A stretch of DNA of 63,072 nt, counting the filler, from Anaerolineae bacterium (GTDB taxonomy: Bacteria > Chloroflexota > Anaerolineae > Epilineales > Epilineaceae), in the NCBI GenBank assembly GCA_029262755.1. It is 5 parts of 5 records of this genome, joined end to end, with 100 filler letters (N's around TTAATTAATTAA, not from the genome) between each part and the next. Parts side by side here need not be neighbours in the genome. Positions count along the whole stretch, not along the records: positions 17,972 to 29,502 come from JAJCYU010000151.1; 4 more parts are not named here. One strand, given 5' to 3'. Of the stretch, positions 17,973-27,912 are shown piece by piece; the first letter of the stretch is position 1; each line of letters starts with the position of its first letter. The position numbers were made by a program, and so were the translations under genes. Under the pieces are notes generated by a model, which was not told where the DNA came from, did no database searches, and worked only from the letters and a program-made list of their open reading frames with translations.

Positions 17973-18815
17973 CTAGCCGCCGCCGCATCGTTAGGTTGGG
18001 CGTGGATGAAGTGGCGGCGCGAGGCGGATCCTCGCGCCGCGGGCCCGCGTGCTCGCGCCGCGCGGCGCGCGGCCGGTGGCTACATGGCTCCGGAAGAGGG
18101 CACGCAGAACCCCGGCACGGAACGCGCAAGCGACATGACCGCAGCCTTGGATCTGACGGGCGTAGACACCGCAATGGCCGGCGAATCGGAGCATGAATCG
18201 GAGACGGCCCAGAGAGTCTACGACGAGGGCCGTGGCTTCACCCCGCTACCGCGGCCGGAGGGCGAAACCGAATCGCTGCCGCTGCCGCGCCGGTTGCGCG
18301 GCGCCGGCGCACCGGCATGGCGTCCGGCCCGCATCGATCTCGGCGACAGCGCCCAGGTTGATTACGACGGCACGGACGATCGCTTCTTCCAGACTTGGCT
18401 CGTGTACGACGAGCGCGCCGGCCTGGTCGGTAGCGCCGGCTTGAAGGCCCAACCGGTCGGCAGCGTCAACACCCTCGACCTATGGTTCTTCGAACGCGAC
18501 GAAGAGGGCGAGCCCCACGAGCGGCCCATGGTCACCCTGCTGGCCCGACCGGCCCTGAGCGAACCCGTCCTCCGCGCACGACTACGTGACCGCGAATTGT
18601 TGCCGGCGGTCCCAGGATCGCGCACGACGCTGCACGCGGGGGAGCTCACGCTCGAGGTCTTGGTCGAAGCCGTGGAGCCCGATCCGGACGAGGAGGAGCT
18701 GGCGCTACGTCACGTCCGGTTGCGCCTGACGCCGAGGCGTGAAGATCACGCGGACGACATCCCCGCGGCCGCCGCGCCCGATCCGCCGGTGCCCCTTCCA
18801 TTCCGGAGGGAGTAG
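17973..18815 (+). CDS. Hypothetical membrane-anchored protein (5'-truncated)
   Basis: Frame open from the contig edge through LAAAASLGWAWMKWRR (end of a TM helix), then a linker and a beta-rich domain. Confidence 0.6.
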   Translation, partial: LAAAASLGWAWMKWRREADPRAAGPRARAARRAAGGYMAPEEGTQNPGTERASDMTAALDLTGVDTAMAGESEHESETAQRVYDEGRGFTPLPRPEGETESLPLPRRLRGAGAPAWRPARIDLGDSAQVDYDGTDDRFFQTWLVYDERAGLVGSAGLKAQPVGSVNTLDLWFFERDEEGEPHERPMVTLLARPALSEPVLRARLRDRELLPAVPGSRTTLHAGELTLEVLVEAVEPDPDEEELALRHVRLRLTPRREDHADDIPAAAAPDPPVPLPFRRE

Positions 18816-18968
18816 GCGGGGCAGGTACCGAGGCTGGGCGGCCACCGCGCCGTTGGGTTGCCGGCGACCGAATCAGCGAGATCCTTCTGCGGCGACCGCC
18901 GCTCTCACCAAGGGTGGCCAGGCGATCGGCAACCCGGGTCCGCGACTTCGACGCCGCGCGCGCGGCCC

Positions 18969-20252
18969 TCAATCGTCCGGTTGGCGCCCCACGTACGCCG
19001 ATCGCGGCCGGATCAGGCGGCCTGCAGCGGCTTCCCTTGCATGGGCCGCCCAACCAGCGGAACGCGCGACCGCGAAGATCGGAGTGAAGAGGGCCGGGGG
19101 GATGCCGAGGCCGTCTAGCAGGACCGCCGTGTAGAACTCGACGTTCGTGCGGATGGGCCTTTCGGGACGATGTTCGGCCAGCACGCGCAAGGCCGTTTCC
19201 TCCACGGCGGTCGCAAGGCGCAGGCGCTCGGCCGCGGGACCGTCCGGCGTAGCGTCGCGCAAGCGCTCGACCGCGGCGCGCAGCACATCGGCCCGCGGAT
19301 CCCGGACGCGGTATACGCGGTGGCCAAAGCCCATCAGGCGCTCCCGTGCCGCAAGGCGCGCGCGCAGCCATTCCTCGGCGCGTTCCGGGCGCTCGATGGC
19401 AGCGAGCATGGCGAGTACGGGCCCCGGCGCGCCGCCGTGGCGCCAGCCGGAGAGTGCTCCCACGGCGCCGGTGAGTGCCGACGGTAGATCCGCGCCGGTC
19501 GCGGCGATGACGCGCGCGGTGAAGGTCGACGCGTTCAGGCCGTGATCGGCCGTCGTGACCAGGTAGCTGTCCAAGGCATGGATCGCAGCGGCGCTTGGGT
19601 CCACACCGTGCAATTGCCAGAGCAGGTTGCCCGCATGTCCCAAGTCCGTGCGAGTCTCCGGTACATCGCTCCCCTTAGCCCACCGAGCGGCCGATGCCAC
19701 GCAAACCGGGATGCGCGCCAGGACGCCGATCGCTTCGTTCCAGCCTTCCGCGTCCTTGTCTTGCGCGATCATGCTCGCCGGCGGTGGATCCCCGCCGCGC
19801 CCGTTCATGGTGGCGATGGCGATGCGCAAGCAATCGATAGGACGTCGATCGGCGACGGCCGCGGCGTGCAGGGCCGCGCTTGTCACGCGGTCGATAGAGC
19901 GCCGCGCAGCGAACTCGCTGCGCATGTCCCGCAGCTGCTCCTTGGAAGGCAGCGCGTCGAACCACAAGAGGTGGAGCAGCGCCTCCCACGACACCGTACC
20001 GGCCAGATCCTCGATCGCGTAGCCGGCAATGATCAGCCGCCCCGCTTCGCCGTCCACGCTGCTCAAGCGAGTGTGGGCGGCGACGACTCCGTCCAGCCCT
20101 TGTGCGGCGGCCGGATCCGGTTTCGGCTGCGCGCTGCGATGCACCACGGCACGTGCCGACGAGGCCCTGGTAGCCTGCGCATCCGACGAGCGGGGTGATG
20201 TGGCGGGATTCGTTGAGCCAACGGGGGGGTACGGGCGACTAGACGGGCGCAT
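18969..20252 (-). CDS. Citrate synthase / 2-methylcitrate synthase family protein
   Basis: GLDGVVAAHTRLS, DHGLNAST, HGGA, MGFGHRVY, DPR, NVEFY, RLIRP; start uncertain. Confidence 0.9.
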   Translation of the reverse strand: MRPSSRPYPPVGSTNPATSPRSSDAQATRASSARAVVHRSAQPKPDPAAAQGLDGVVAAHTRLSSVDGEAGRLIIAGYAIEDLAGTVSWEALLHLLWFDALPSKEQLRDMRSEFAARRSIDRVTSAALHAAAVADRRPIDCLRIAIATMNGRGGDPPPASMIAQDKDAEGWNEAIGVLARIPVCVASAARWAKGSDVPETRTDLGHAGNLLWQLHGVDPSAAAIHALDSYLVTTADHGLNASTFTARVIAATGADLPSALTGAVGALSGWRHGGAPGPVLAMLAAIERPERAEEWLRARLAARERLMGFGHRVYRVRDPRADVLRAAVERLRDATPDGPAAERLRLATAVEETALRVLAEHRPERPIRTNVEFYTAVLLDGLGIPPALFTPIFAVARSAGWAAHAREAAAGRLIRPRSAYVGRQPDD

Positions 20253-20368
20253 GGTGCGAGCCTTTCGCGTGTTCGGAAGACCGAGTCGAATGGTTTGCGG
20301 AACCACTCGTGGAATCGTGCGGAGCAGCCGGTGTGCCCCGACTTCTCTTCGTCCAGCCTACGGGGCGC

Positions 20369-20401
20369 TTGATCTCTCGTCAATCTTGATCCATAAATCA
20401 A
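20369..20401. promoter_or_regulatory. Tandem TTGAT...RTCAA dyads, candidate operator
   Basis: TTGATCTCTCGTCAA (20369-83) and TTGATCCATAAATCAA (20386-401) in an AT-rich patch between divergent genes. Confidence 0.5.
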
Positions 20402-20420
20402 TATATAAGGAGAGGTTGCC

Positions 20421-21755
20421 ATGTCGGGATCCCACCTCATCGATGCTCGCGAGGCCGCCGCGCGTCTCGGCGTCCAACGCATGACGCTCTACAGCTACGT
20501 CAGCCGCGGCGTGCTGCGCTCCCTGCCTTCCCCGCACGATCATCGGCAGCGGCTCTACGATCCGCGCGAGATCGATGCTCTGGCGTCCCGCAAGCGGCAG
20601 CGCCGCGACCCCAGCGGCGCGCTCGCCGGCGCGCTGGACTTCGGCGATCCGGTGCTGCCTTCCGGCCTGAGCCTGATCGAGCCGGACAGCATGTATTACC
20701 GCGGCAAGGATGCCTTGCACCTCGCCGCATCCACTGCTTTCGAGGACGTCGCTCGACTCCTGTGGCTAGCCGACGTGCCGGACATGGCGACCCATCCCGA
20801 CGAGGATCCATTCGCTGCGGCCCAGCTGCGCGCGACGATGCCCGCCTCCGTGTTCGCGGCCGATCGCGCGGACGAAGCGTTGGCCGCGGCGCTGCCCTTC
20901 GGGGCCCGCGCCGATGATGCGGCGTGGGACGCACGCCCATCCGGCATGGCGCGCACCGGCGCCCGGATCCTACGATTCGCGGCGGCCGTCGTAGGGCAGT
21001 GGGGCGCCGCGCGCAGGCCGTCGGATGGCCCGCTCGAAGGGGCCGCGGGCACGGATCGCGCCGATGAACGTGATCCGGGCGGCGACGGCATCGCCCGCCA
21101 GCTGCAGCGCGCGTGGGCTCCAGACCGTCCGGATGCCGTGAACGCGCTGAACAGCGCGTTGGTGCTGGCAGCGGATCACGGGCTGAACGTCTCGGCCTTC
21201 GTTGCGCGCTGCGTTTCGTCGGCCCACGCGACGCCGTGGGCGGCCGTGCAGGCAGGGTTGGCTGCCCTCGGCGGCGCCAAGCACGGCGGGCACACGGTGC
21301 GGGTTGAGGCGTTGTTGGCGGAGATCCAGAGACCGGAAGACGCCCGTTCGGTGGTGGCGGAGCGGCTGCGGCGCGGGGAGGATGTGCCGGGATTCGGGCA
21401 GCCACTCTACCCGAATGGGGATCCACGCGGCAGGGCGCTCTTGGACCTTGCTCGCGCGGTGGTGCGTGGGCCGGATGGTATGCGCTCTCTCGCATCGGTT
21501 GATGCGTTGGTGGCGTCCGTCGCCTCGTTGCTCGGCGAGCGACCGACCATCGATCTCGGGCTCGTCGCATTGGCACGTGCGCTACGGCTGCCGAAAGGCA
21601 CACCGTTGGCCATTTTCGCAGTGGGCCGGACGGCGGGGTGGATCGCCCACGGGATCGAGCAGCGTGAACGGGGCGGCCTTATTCGGCCCCGAGCACGCTA
21701 CGACGGACCGTTACCGGCTCCCCGGGACAACGAAAAGGCCGCCACGGCGGGATGA
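20421..21755 (+). CDS. HTH (excisionase/MerR-like) fused to citrate-synthase-like domain
   Basis: IDAREAAARLGVQRMTLYSYVSRG HTH; DHGLNVS, KHGG, GFGQPLY, DPR, LIRPRARY; AAGGAGAGG RBS. Confidence 0.88.
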   Translation: MSGSHLIDAREAAARLGVQRMTLYSYVSRGVLRSLPSPHDHRQRLYDPREIDALASRKRQRRDPSGALAGALDFGDPVLPSGLSLIEPDSMYYRGKDALHLAASTAFEDVARLLWLADVPDMATHPDEDPFAAAQLRATMPASVFAADRADEALAAALPFGARADDAAWDARPSGMARTGARILRFAAAVVGQWGAARRPSDGPLEGAAGTDRADERDPGGDGIARQLQRAWAPDRPDAVNALNSALVLAADHGLNVSAFVARCVSSAHATPWAAVQAGLAALGGAKHGGHTVRVEALLAEIQRPEDARSVVAERLRRGEDVPGFGQPLYPNGDPRGRALLDLARAVVRGPDGMRSLASVDALVASVASLLGERPTIDLGLVALARALRLPKGTPLAIFAVGRTAGWIAHGIEQRERGGLIRPRARYDGPLPAPRDNEKAATAG

Positions 21756-21909
21756 GGCAACGATGAAGCATTGCCGCGGGCCTGCGCCGCACCCTCTAAT
21801 CGCGCGGTCGTCGGGCCGCTGCGGCCCGCCGGAGATCTCGATATCGAAAACCCCACGCGACGCGCTGCAGGCGGCATGCCTTTTCCCGCGACGTGAAATG
21901 GAGCAAAGC

Positions 21910-22680
21910 ATGACGATGCAAAGCCTGAAGGCGCTGGCGCTTAGCGCGGCGCTATGCGCGATGGGCGGTCTAGCCGCCTGTACGCCAACCCAAGACACGT
22001 CGAAAACGGCGCCCGCGAGTGGCGATGAGGCGGGCGCTGCGGCCGGCGAAATGACTGAATCCGAGGCGAGTACCGCGGGCGACGACGCCGAGAGCGGTAT
22101 GGACGCCGGTCACGATGGCGGCATGACGGATGCGGATGCTGATCCGGATGGCGCGGGAGAAGAGCCGGCCTCCGAGCAGGAGGGCATGATCTCCAGCGGT
22201 CAGGCGGAGGCCCCGCCGGAATTGCCCACGCCGGATCGGCCTGCCGCGACCGGCATCAACCAAATGGTGCCCTTGTCGCAGGCCGCGGAGTCGGTCCCGT
22301 TCCAGGCGTATGAGCCCAGCTTCGTTCCGGAAGGCGCCATGGACGATGTGATCATGCTGATCTCGCCGCGTACCGGCGACACCAACCCGGCGTTGCCCGC
22401 GATCAACATGATTTACACGATCGCTTCTCACAGCACCTTCCGCGTGTACCAGTCGCCGGCAGGCGATCGTCCGTACCCAGAGGGCAAAGAGACGACCGAC
22501 ATCGTGCTCGGCGACACGCCGGCAAAGCTCATCCGCCAGGGGCTCACGCACGTGGTGGCGTGGGAAGTCGGCGACGTACGCCTCGAAGTCCACAGCCGCG
22601 ACATCGATGTCGCGTTGCTGCAGGAGATCGCCGCCGGACTGCGCCCCTACGGGCAGGCTGACGTGGGCGACGAAGGCTAA
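21910..22680 (+). CDS. Putative lipoprotein
   Basis: Signal peptide with lipobox LAAC, acidic linker, small C-terminal domain. Confidence 0.7.
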   Translation: MTMQSLKALALSAALCAMGGLAACTPTQDTSKTAPASGDEAGAAAGEMTESEASTAGDDAESGMDAGHDGGMTDADADPDGAGEEPASEQEGMISSGQAEAPPELPTPDRPAATGINQMVPLSQAAESVPFQAYEPSFVPEGAMDDVIMLISPRTGDTNPALPAINMIYTIASHSTFRVYQSPAGDRPYPEGKETTDIVLGDTPAKLIRQGLTHVVAWEVGDVRLEVHSRDIDVALLQEIAAGLRPYGQADVGDEG

Positions 22681-22752
22681 CACGTCGAGAACGTCCAGCG
22701 TTGCACCACATTCTAACCATGAGCCGGCGGGCCCGGCCCGCGTGCTCGGCCG

Positions 22753-23817
22753 CTAGATCCCTGGCAGCAGCGGCTCGCCCGACTCCACCAACGACATCAT
22801 CGCCAAGGTGAAGTTGTAGGTGGCGTGCACGGCGATGGACGTCGTTGTGTTCGTGCGGCGCCGCACGAGGCCGAGCAGCAGGCCCATCACCAGGATGTGG
22901 ACCAGCGCCAACGAGATCGTGTACTGCGTGTGTACGGCCGCGAACAAGAACGCCGTCAGCGGTAGACCGAGCCGCGGTTGGGCTGCGCCTCGAAACAGGA
23001 TCTCCTCGCCGATGCCGGCCGCGAGCCCGATCGTCAGCGCTCCGAAGATTCCGTAGGCGATGAACGGGCCGAAGAGTGCCTCGCTGATGCGATTCACCTC
23101 TTCGAGATTGCCCGGGGAGACGATACCCCAGAGCCAATCGGTGAACAGAGCGCTGACAAGCGCGAAACCCGTCACACCGAGCCACCACCGCAGATCGATG
23201 CGCAGGGTCAGCCCAAGTCGTTCCAGGGTCGCTCGGAAATCACGCTTGACAAACAGTCCGACACCCATGGCCGCCAACACGACCATGCCGATGTTCTGCC
23301 CCCAAATCGGGGCAAGACCCACCCCTTGCGCCAACGTCTCCAGCCCCTCCGGGTCCTCCAGAATTGCCGGCAGGAAGAGCGCGATGGCTACTGAGACCCC
23401 GAGTGCAAGCAACGCACAATGCCAGGCCACCAGATGGGTCGCGCGATCAGGATCGATGGGCTGCACTCTGGAAACCAGTCGTCGTACGGCCGGTATGAGC
23501 AACAAGAGCCCGGTGAAGGCCAGCACGATGACGACAGCGCCCCACGTTGCTCCGGCCACCGCGAACGAGTCCATCTCAAGGGTGGGCATCGCGAGCTCGG
23601 GGGGCAGATCGTCGAGCATGGCAGCGCCTTGGCCTGCAAAAATTCCTCCCGCCAATAGGAGAAGTCCGCCCAACAGGATGGCGCCCAGATCGATCAGCGC
23701 AACCATGCCGACAACCAGGTAGCGCAGCGCCGGGTCCGTCTGCCTATCCGCCGCTTGCGCCAGCGCGAGCAGCAGGCCGAGGGCCAACATCGGAAGAAGT
23801 ACGCCTGCTAACTCCAT
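22753..23817 (-). CDS. CPBP (Abi/CAAX-like) intramembrane metalloprotease
   Basis: GEEILFRG, FAAVH and HATYN motifs; multiple TM helices. Confidence 0.9.
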   Translation of the reverse strand: MELAGVLLPMLALGLLLALAQAADRQTDPALRYLVVGMVALIDLGAILLGGLLLLAGGIFAGQGAAMLDDLPPELAMPTLEMDSFAVAGATWGAVVIVLAFTGLLLLIPAVRRLVSRVQPIDPDRATHLVAWHCALLALGVSVAIALFLPAILEDPEGLETLAQGVGLAPIWGQNIGMVVLAAMGVGLFVKRDFRATLERLGLTLRIDLRWWLGVTGFALVSALFTDWLWGIVSPGNLEEVNRISEALFGPFIAYGIFGALTIGLAAGIGEEILFRGAAQPRLGLPLTAFLFAAVHTQYTISLALVHILVMGLLLGLVRRRTNTTTSIAVHATYNFTLAMMSLVESGEPLLPGI

Positions 23818-24059
23818 GACTCACCTCGGGCAATAGGGAAAAGGCAACGCAGGTGTTGTGACCGGCTCAAGCCGCAACCTCAACCTGCGAATCGCGGCGA
23901 ATCGGCCGCGGCGTGTGCGTGATACGGGTTCTCGAGTGGTTTGGGACGATACATCCGTGTGAAGCTCGGGTTGGTTCAAGATGCAAAGGTCCATGGACAT
24001 GCATGGGGATCCCACACCAACGGCGCCGTGAATCCAGAGCGCCCGGCCGCATATGCAGT

Positions 24060-25115
24060 CTAGAACAACGGTCGTTGGGGGGCACGCCCTTCCGGAACGG
24101 CAGTTGGCGCAGGACCGGCGTAGGGCACATCGAGGTGCGCGTAGGCCCTGGCGGTGGCCATGCGGCCACGAGGCGTCCGGTCCAGGAAGCCCAACTGCAG
24201 CAGATAGGGCTCCACGACATCCTCAATCGTGTCGGATTCTTCGCCAATGGACGCAGCGATCGTGTCGAGCCCTACGGGTCCGCCGTTGAACTTGTGGATC
24301 AACGTCTCGAGCACGCGCCGATCGAGATCGTCCAAGCCGAGCGTGTCGATTTCGAGCAACGCGAGCGCGGCGTCGGCAACTTCGGCGTCGATTCGGCCCG
24401 CGGCTCGCACCTCGGCGTAGTCGCGGACGCGCCGCAGCAGCCGTAGCGCGACACGAGGCGTGCCCCGTGCACGGTGCGCGATAAGCGATGCCCCTTCCGG
24501 CTGGACGGCCACGTCCAGAACGCCTGCGCCTCGGTGGACAATGTGCTTCATCGCCTCTACACCGTAGAAGTCGAGGCGGTACATAGCGCCGAAGCGATCG
24601 CGAAGCGGCGCCGCGAGCATCGCGGGCCGCGTCGTGGCTCCTACGAGGGTGAATCGCGGCAGGCTGAGGCGAATGCTGCGCGCGGAAGGACCCTTTCCGA
24701 CCACGATGTCGAGCGCGAAATCCTCCATGGCGGAATAGAGAACTTCCTCGACATCTCGCCGCAGGCGGTGGATTTCGTCGATGAACAGGACATCGCCCGC
24801 ACCAAGGTTGGTCAGGATCGCCGCAAGGTCGCCGGCGCGCTCCACGGAGGGCCCCGACGTCTGGCGGATCTTGACGCCCATCTCGTTGGCGATGATGTTG
24901 GCGAGGGTGGTCTTCCCGAGCCCCGGAGGACCATAGAAGAGCACATGGTCGAGTGCCTCTTCACGTCCGCGCGCCGCCTCGAGGAGGATCTCGAGGTTTG
25001 CGACAACCCGCTCCTGGCCGATGTACTCAGCAAGCAGCCTCGGCCGAAGCGTCGGCTCGGCGACGTCCTCGACCTGCCGCTCCGGATCGACCGACCGTCC
25101 GCGTTCGATCACCAT
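24060..25115 (-). CDS. ruvB: Holliday junction branch migration helicase RuvB
   Basis: [55 protein letters not shown]. Confidence 0.98.
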   Translation of the reverse strand: MVIERGRSVDPERQVEDVAEPTLRPRLLAEYIGQERVVANLEILLEAARGREEALDHVLFYGPPGLGKTTLANIIANEMGVKIRQTSGPSVERAGDLAAILTNLGAGDVLFIDEIHRLRRDVEEVLYSAMEDFALDIVVGKGPSARSIRLSLPRFTLVGATTRPAMLAAPLRDRFGAMYRLDFYGVEAMKHIVHRGAGVLDVAVQPEGASLIAHRARGTPRVALRLLRRVRDYAEVRAAGRIDAEVADAALALLEIDTLGLDDLDRRVLETLIHKFNGGPVGLDTIAASIGEESDTIEDVVEPYLLQLGFLDRTPRGRMATARAYAHLDVPYAGPAPTAVPEGRAPQRPLF

Positions 25116-25223
25116 AGCACGTATGTTCCTCCCGGCGCGCCGAACTATAGCACACCAGCTACTATAGCCGCCTGACTCCCGGCGTCGGGGGCAGCGCGGA
25201 CGATCCCGCTCCCGTGGCCGGTA

Positions 25224-25252
25224 TTGACCTCGCGTAGGTGCGCTGATACAAA
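25224..25252 (+). promoter_or_regulatory. Candidate sigma70 promoter for upp
   Basis: TTGACC-N17-TACAAA with TG extended -10. Confidence 0.45.
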
Positions 25253-25307
25253 GCCGAGCCGCCTCGGGCTATCGGGCCCCACCCTCGCCTTGCCGACCGG
25301 AGTCCCC

Positions 25308-25976
25308 ATGTCTCGCATTCAGCAGGACCGTCCTACTCTCTCGGTCAGCACGCACCCGATCGTCCGCGTGCTCGTTGGCAGGTTGCGGTGCAAAGAAACG
25401 GGGGTTGCCGCGTTTCGGCACCTCGTCTCGGAGCTCACGGGCCTCTTGTTGGTCGAGGCTCTAGACGATCTGCCGTTGGTGGACGAGCCCGTCACGACGC
25501 CGCTTGGTCCCGCGGTGTCGCAGCGGCTCGCGCAGCCCGTCGTCTTTGTACCCATTCTGCGTGCCGGTCTCGGCATGTCGGAAGCCGCTTCTCGTATGCT
25601 GCCCGAGGCCGCCATCTGTCACGTGGGGCTCTATCGCGACGAGCAAACGCTGAGGCCCGTCACGTACTATGATCGCTTGCCCCGGACCGGGCTGGAGGAG
25701 TCCGTCACCGTCCTGCTGGACCCAATGCTGGCAACGGGGGGCACGGCGACAGCCGCGATCGACTTGGTTCGCCAACACGGTGCACGAGACGTACGCTTCG
25801 TCGGCTTGATCGGAGCCCCGGAGGGCGTCGCGGCGCTGCACGATGCCCATCCCACCGTAGCGATTGTCCTGGCAGCCCTCGACGAGCGCCTGACCACGAC
25901 CGATGATCCTTTCCCACCCGGTTACATCCTTCCCGGCCTCGGCGACGCGGGCGACCGGCAGTTCGGCACCGCCTGA
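25308..25976 (+). CDS. upp: Uracil phosphoribosyltransferase
   Basis: HP, VPILRAGLGM, GLYRDEQTL, LDPMLATGGT, YILPGLGDAGDR. Confidence 0.97.
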   Translation: MSRIQQDRPTLSVSTHPIVRVLVGRLRCKETGVAAFRHLVSELTGLLLVEALDDLPLVDEPVTTPLGPAVSQRLAQPVVFVPILRAGLGMSEAASRMLPEAAICHVGLYRDEQTLRPVTYYDRLPRTGLEESVTVLLDPMLATGGTATAAIDLVRQHGARDVRFVGLIGAPEGVAALHDAHPTVAIVLAALDERLTTTDDPFPPGYILPGLGDAGDRQFGTA

Positions 25977-25997
25977 CGTCACCCCAAGGAGACCCTC

Positions 25998-26402
25998 ATG
26001 GCCGATTCCAACGCCGACAACAGCAGCGATAGCTCGCAGGCGGCTCGTCCGTCGTTTCAGGTGCGCATTCCGGTCGAATGGGACGAGGATGCCGATCCAG
26101 AGATCATCTACGCCAATCAGGTGATGGTTTCCCATATGGGGCCGGAGTTCTTCCTGACCTTTGGCGTCGTCGTTCCCCCCATGCTCACCGATCAGCTGCC
26201 CGACGCCCTCCATATTCGCCCCCAGGTACGCGTCGCCGTGTCGCGCGAAGCGATGCCTTCGTTCGTCAAGGCCTTGCAGGACAGCCTACAGCGGTTTCAG
26301 ATGGCCCAACGCGCCGGGGGCCAACAGGGAACGGCGGGTCCCGCGGGCCAACAGGGCGGCGTACCCGGCCCGGCAAGCGAAGGCAATCCAACGTCCTCCT
26401 AG
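25998..26402 (+). CDS. DUF3467-like protein
   Basis: IYANQVMVSH...EFFLTFG...RVAVS pattern; AAGGAG RBS. Confidence 0.7.
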   Translation: MADSNADNSSDSSQAARPSFQVRIPVEWDEDADPEIIYANQVMVSHMGPEFFLTFGVVVPPMLTDQLPDALHIRPQVRVAVSREAMPSFVKALQDSLQRFQMAQRAGGQQGTAGPAGQQGGVPGPASEGNPTSS

Positions 26403-26562
26403 CCCGGGTGCAGGAGCAACGAAGAGATTCGCCCAGTCGGCGGCAGCCGCAACTTCGGCCGGTTTCTCGCTTGAGGACGTTCCGAACGGAGGGGCGACGC
26501 GCGGTGCAACGCGTCGCCCCCCTTCACTCGATCGCAGTGCTCTGCCTACGGTAGATGAACGG

Positions 26563-27912
26563 CTATCGCCGCAGATCGAGTCCGACGTCGTGGTGCGCGA
26601 TCCATGGATCGTTGCCGGTTGCCTGCACGATCCATGCGCCGGTTTGGTACAGATCGCGTAGGCCCTGGCATTCCCAACCGCGCAGGGGGCAACCCCTGCC
26701 CGGCCCGGCTTTGTCGTAGAAAGTCCAAATCTTGCCCGGATCGTCGAAGCGGTTGGTTACCCAGATGTAGCTGATCCCCGCGATACATCCCGGCTCGTTG
26801 GACATTGGGTCGATCCGCAAGCGACGCAGCTCGCCGCGCCACGATTCATACGGATCCATGTAGATGGTGACGGTGCTCCAGTCGCGGGACACAAACTGGA
26901 TCTGCGATCGCGCTTCGGAGAATCCGGAATCGTCGTCCGCCTCCCAGTACATCTGCACCTCGTCGACCGCGCATAGCGAGGACATCCGGACACGCACCTC
27001 GTCGAGGGGCTCGCCCGGCGGAACCGTACCGCCGGCGCCACCGTCGCCGCTTGCGCTACCACAGTCCGGCAGATCGCAATCTCCGACCGCATTGCCATAG
27101 GCCTTGCCCCACCATCCGTTGTCCGCAGCGAAGAGCGCGTCGCGCATCAAGGCGTTGCTCACGCGGCTGTTTCCCCGCCCGCACAGGGCATTGGGATCGC
27201 AGATGGAAGGTGTACAGGTCCCGCGAAAATCCAACGGGTCGTGAAAGGTCGTCTGGGTGTCGTCGACGTTCGTCACGACCATGATGTGGTCCAGCCGACC
27301 GAACCAGCCCGGCTGGCTGAGCGGCAGCATCGTGGGCTCCACGAACACGATGACGGGCAAGCATTGGTCCGTCAATGCGCGAATGGCCGCAAGCGACCAC
27401 GCTTCGCCGCGATGACACAGCCCATACCGAGCGCTTCCGCGATCCAGGTCGGCACGCGTTGTCGGCGGGTTCGAACAGCGATCCGGCTCGTCGGCCATGT
27501 ACTCCCGCGCGTGGGCGACAAAATCGCGATTGGTGAGCCCGTTTGGACGGCGGCCGTTCGCATCCACCACCATGGCGAGCGAGGCCGGACCACAATTGTT
27601 GTGGCCGTTCCAATTGTGGCGCGGGCACCAGTTGTAGCAGTAGCCTTGCGAAATGTAGGGTACGCTCCCGACACCCGATGACTGCGATTGCGCCTTTGCG
27701 TGCACGGCTCTGGTGTTGAAGCGTGTTGGTGCCGTGGTAAGCAGCAGCGGCTGTAAGGCACCGAGCAGAAACGTGGACAAAGCGACCGCGCCCCACCACC
27801 AAAGGCGTCGTCCGCACGTAGCGCGCACGCTCGCGCACGGTGTAGGTTCGACTCGCGCGTCGTGGTAGCGATCAATCCGTTGTCGGCGTACCGCGACTCC
27901 GAGCGCCTTCAT
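26563..27912 (-). CDS. Secreted Cys-rich peptidase C39-like (papain-fold) protein
   Basis: YISQ...NNCGPASLAMV, HIMVVT, FHDP give a Cys/His/Asp triad; signal-like N-terminus; ATGA overlap with the upstream gene. Confidence 0.75.
   Translation of the reverse strand: MKALGVAVRRQRIDRYHDARVEPTPCASVRATCGRRLWWWGAVALSTFLLGALQPLLLTTAPTRFNTRAVHAKAQSQSSGVGSVPYISQGYCYNWCPRHNWNGHNNCGPASLAMVVDANGRRPNGLTNRDFVAHAREYMADEPDRCSNPPTTRADLDRGSARYGLCHRGEAWSLAAIRALTDQCLPVIVFVEPTMLPLSQPGWFGRLDHIMVVTNVDDTQTTFHDPLDFRGTCTPSICDPNALCGRGNSRVSNALMRDALFAADNGWWGKAYGNAVGDCDLPDCGSASGDGGAGGTVPPGEPLDEVRVRMSSLCAVDEVQMYWEADDDSGFSEARSQIQFVSRDWSTVTIYMDPYESWRGELRRLRIDPMSNEPGCIAGISYIWVTNRFDDPGKIWTFYDKAGPGRGCPLRGWECQGLRDLYQTGAWIVQATGNDPWIAHHDVGLDLRR

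Noticed and set aside
16638..18815. Extending the ftsZ operon to the gene after the gap
   Set aside because: The genes are separated by a contig spacer, so adjacency is not evidence of linkage.
20386..20401. FNR/Crp box
   Set aside because: The spacer is 6 nt (5 nt in the neighbouring dyad), not the 4 nt of TTGAT-N4-ATCAA; kept only as a generic operator.
22753..23817. Abi-family protease as a phage defence gene
   Set aside because: CPBP proteases are widespread membrane enzymes and the neighbourhood shows no defence context.
23821..24055. Possible structured RNA (6S-like) or 64-aa ORF between the CPBP gene and ruvB
   Set aside because: Only short palindromes and weak long-range pairing could be seen; a covariance-model search would be needed.
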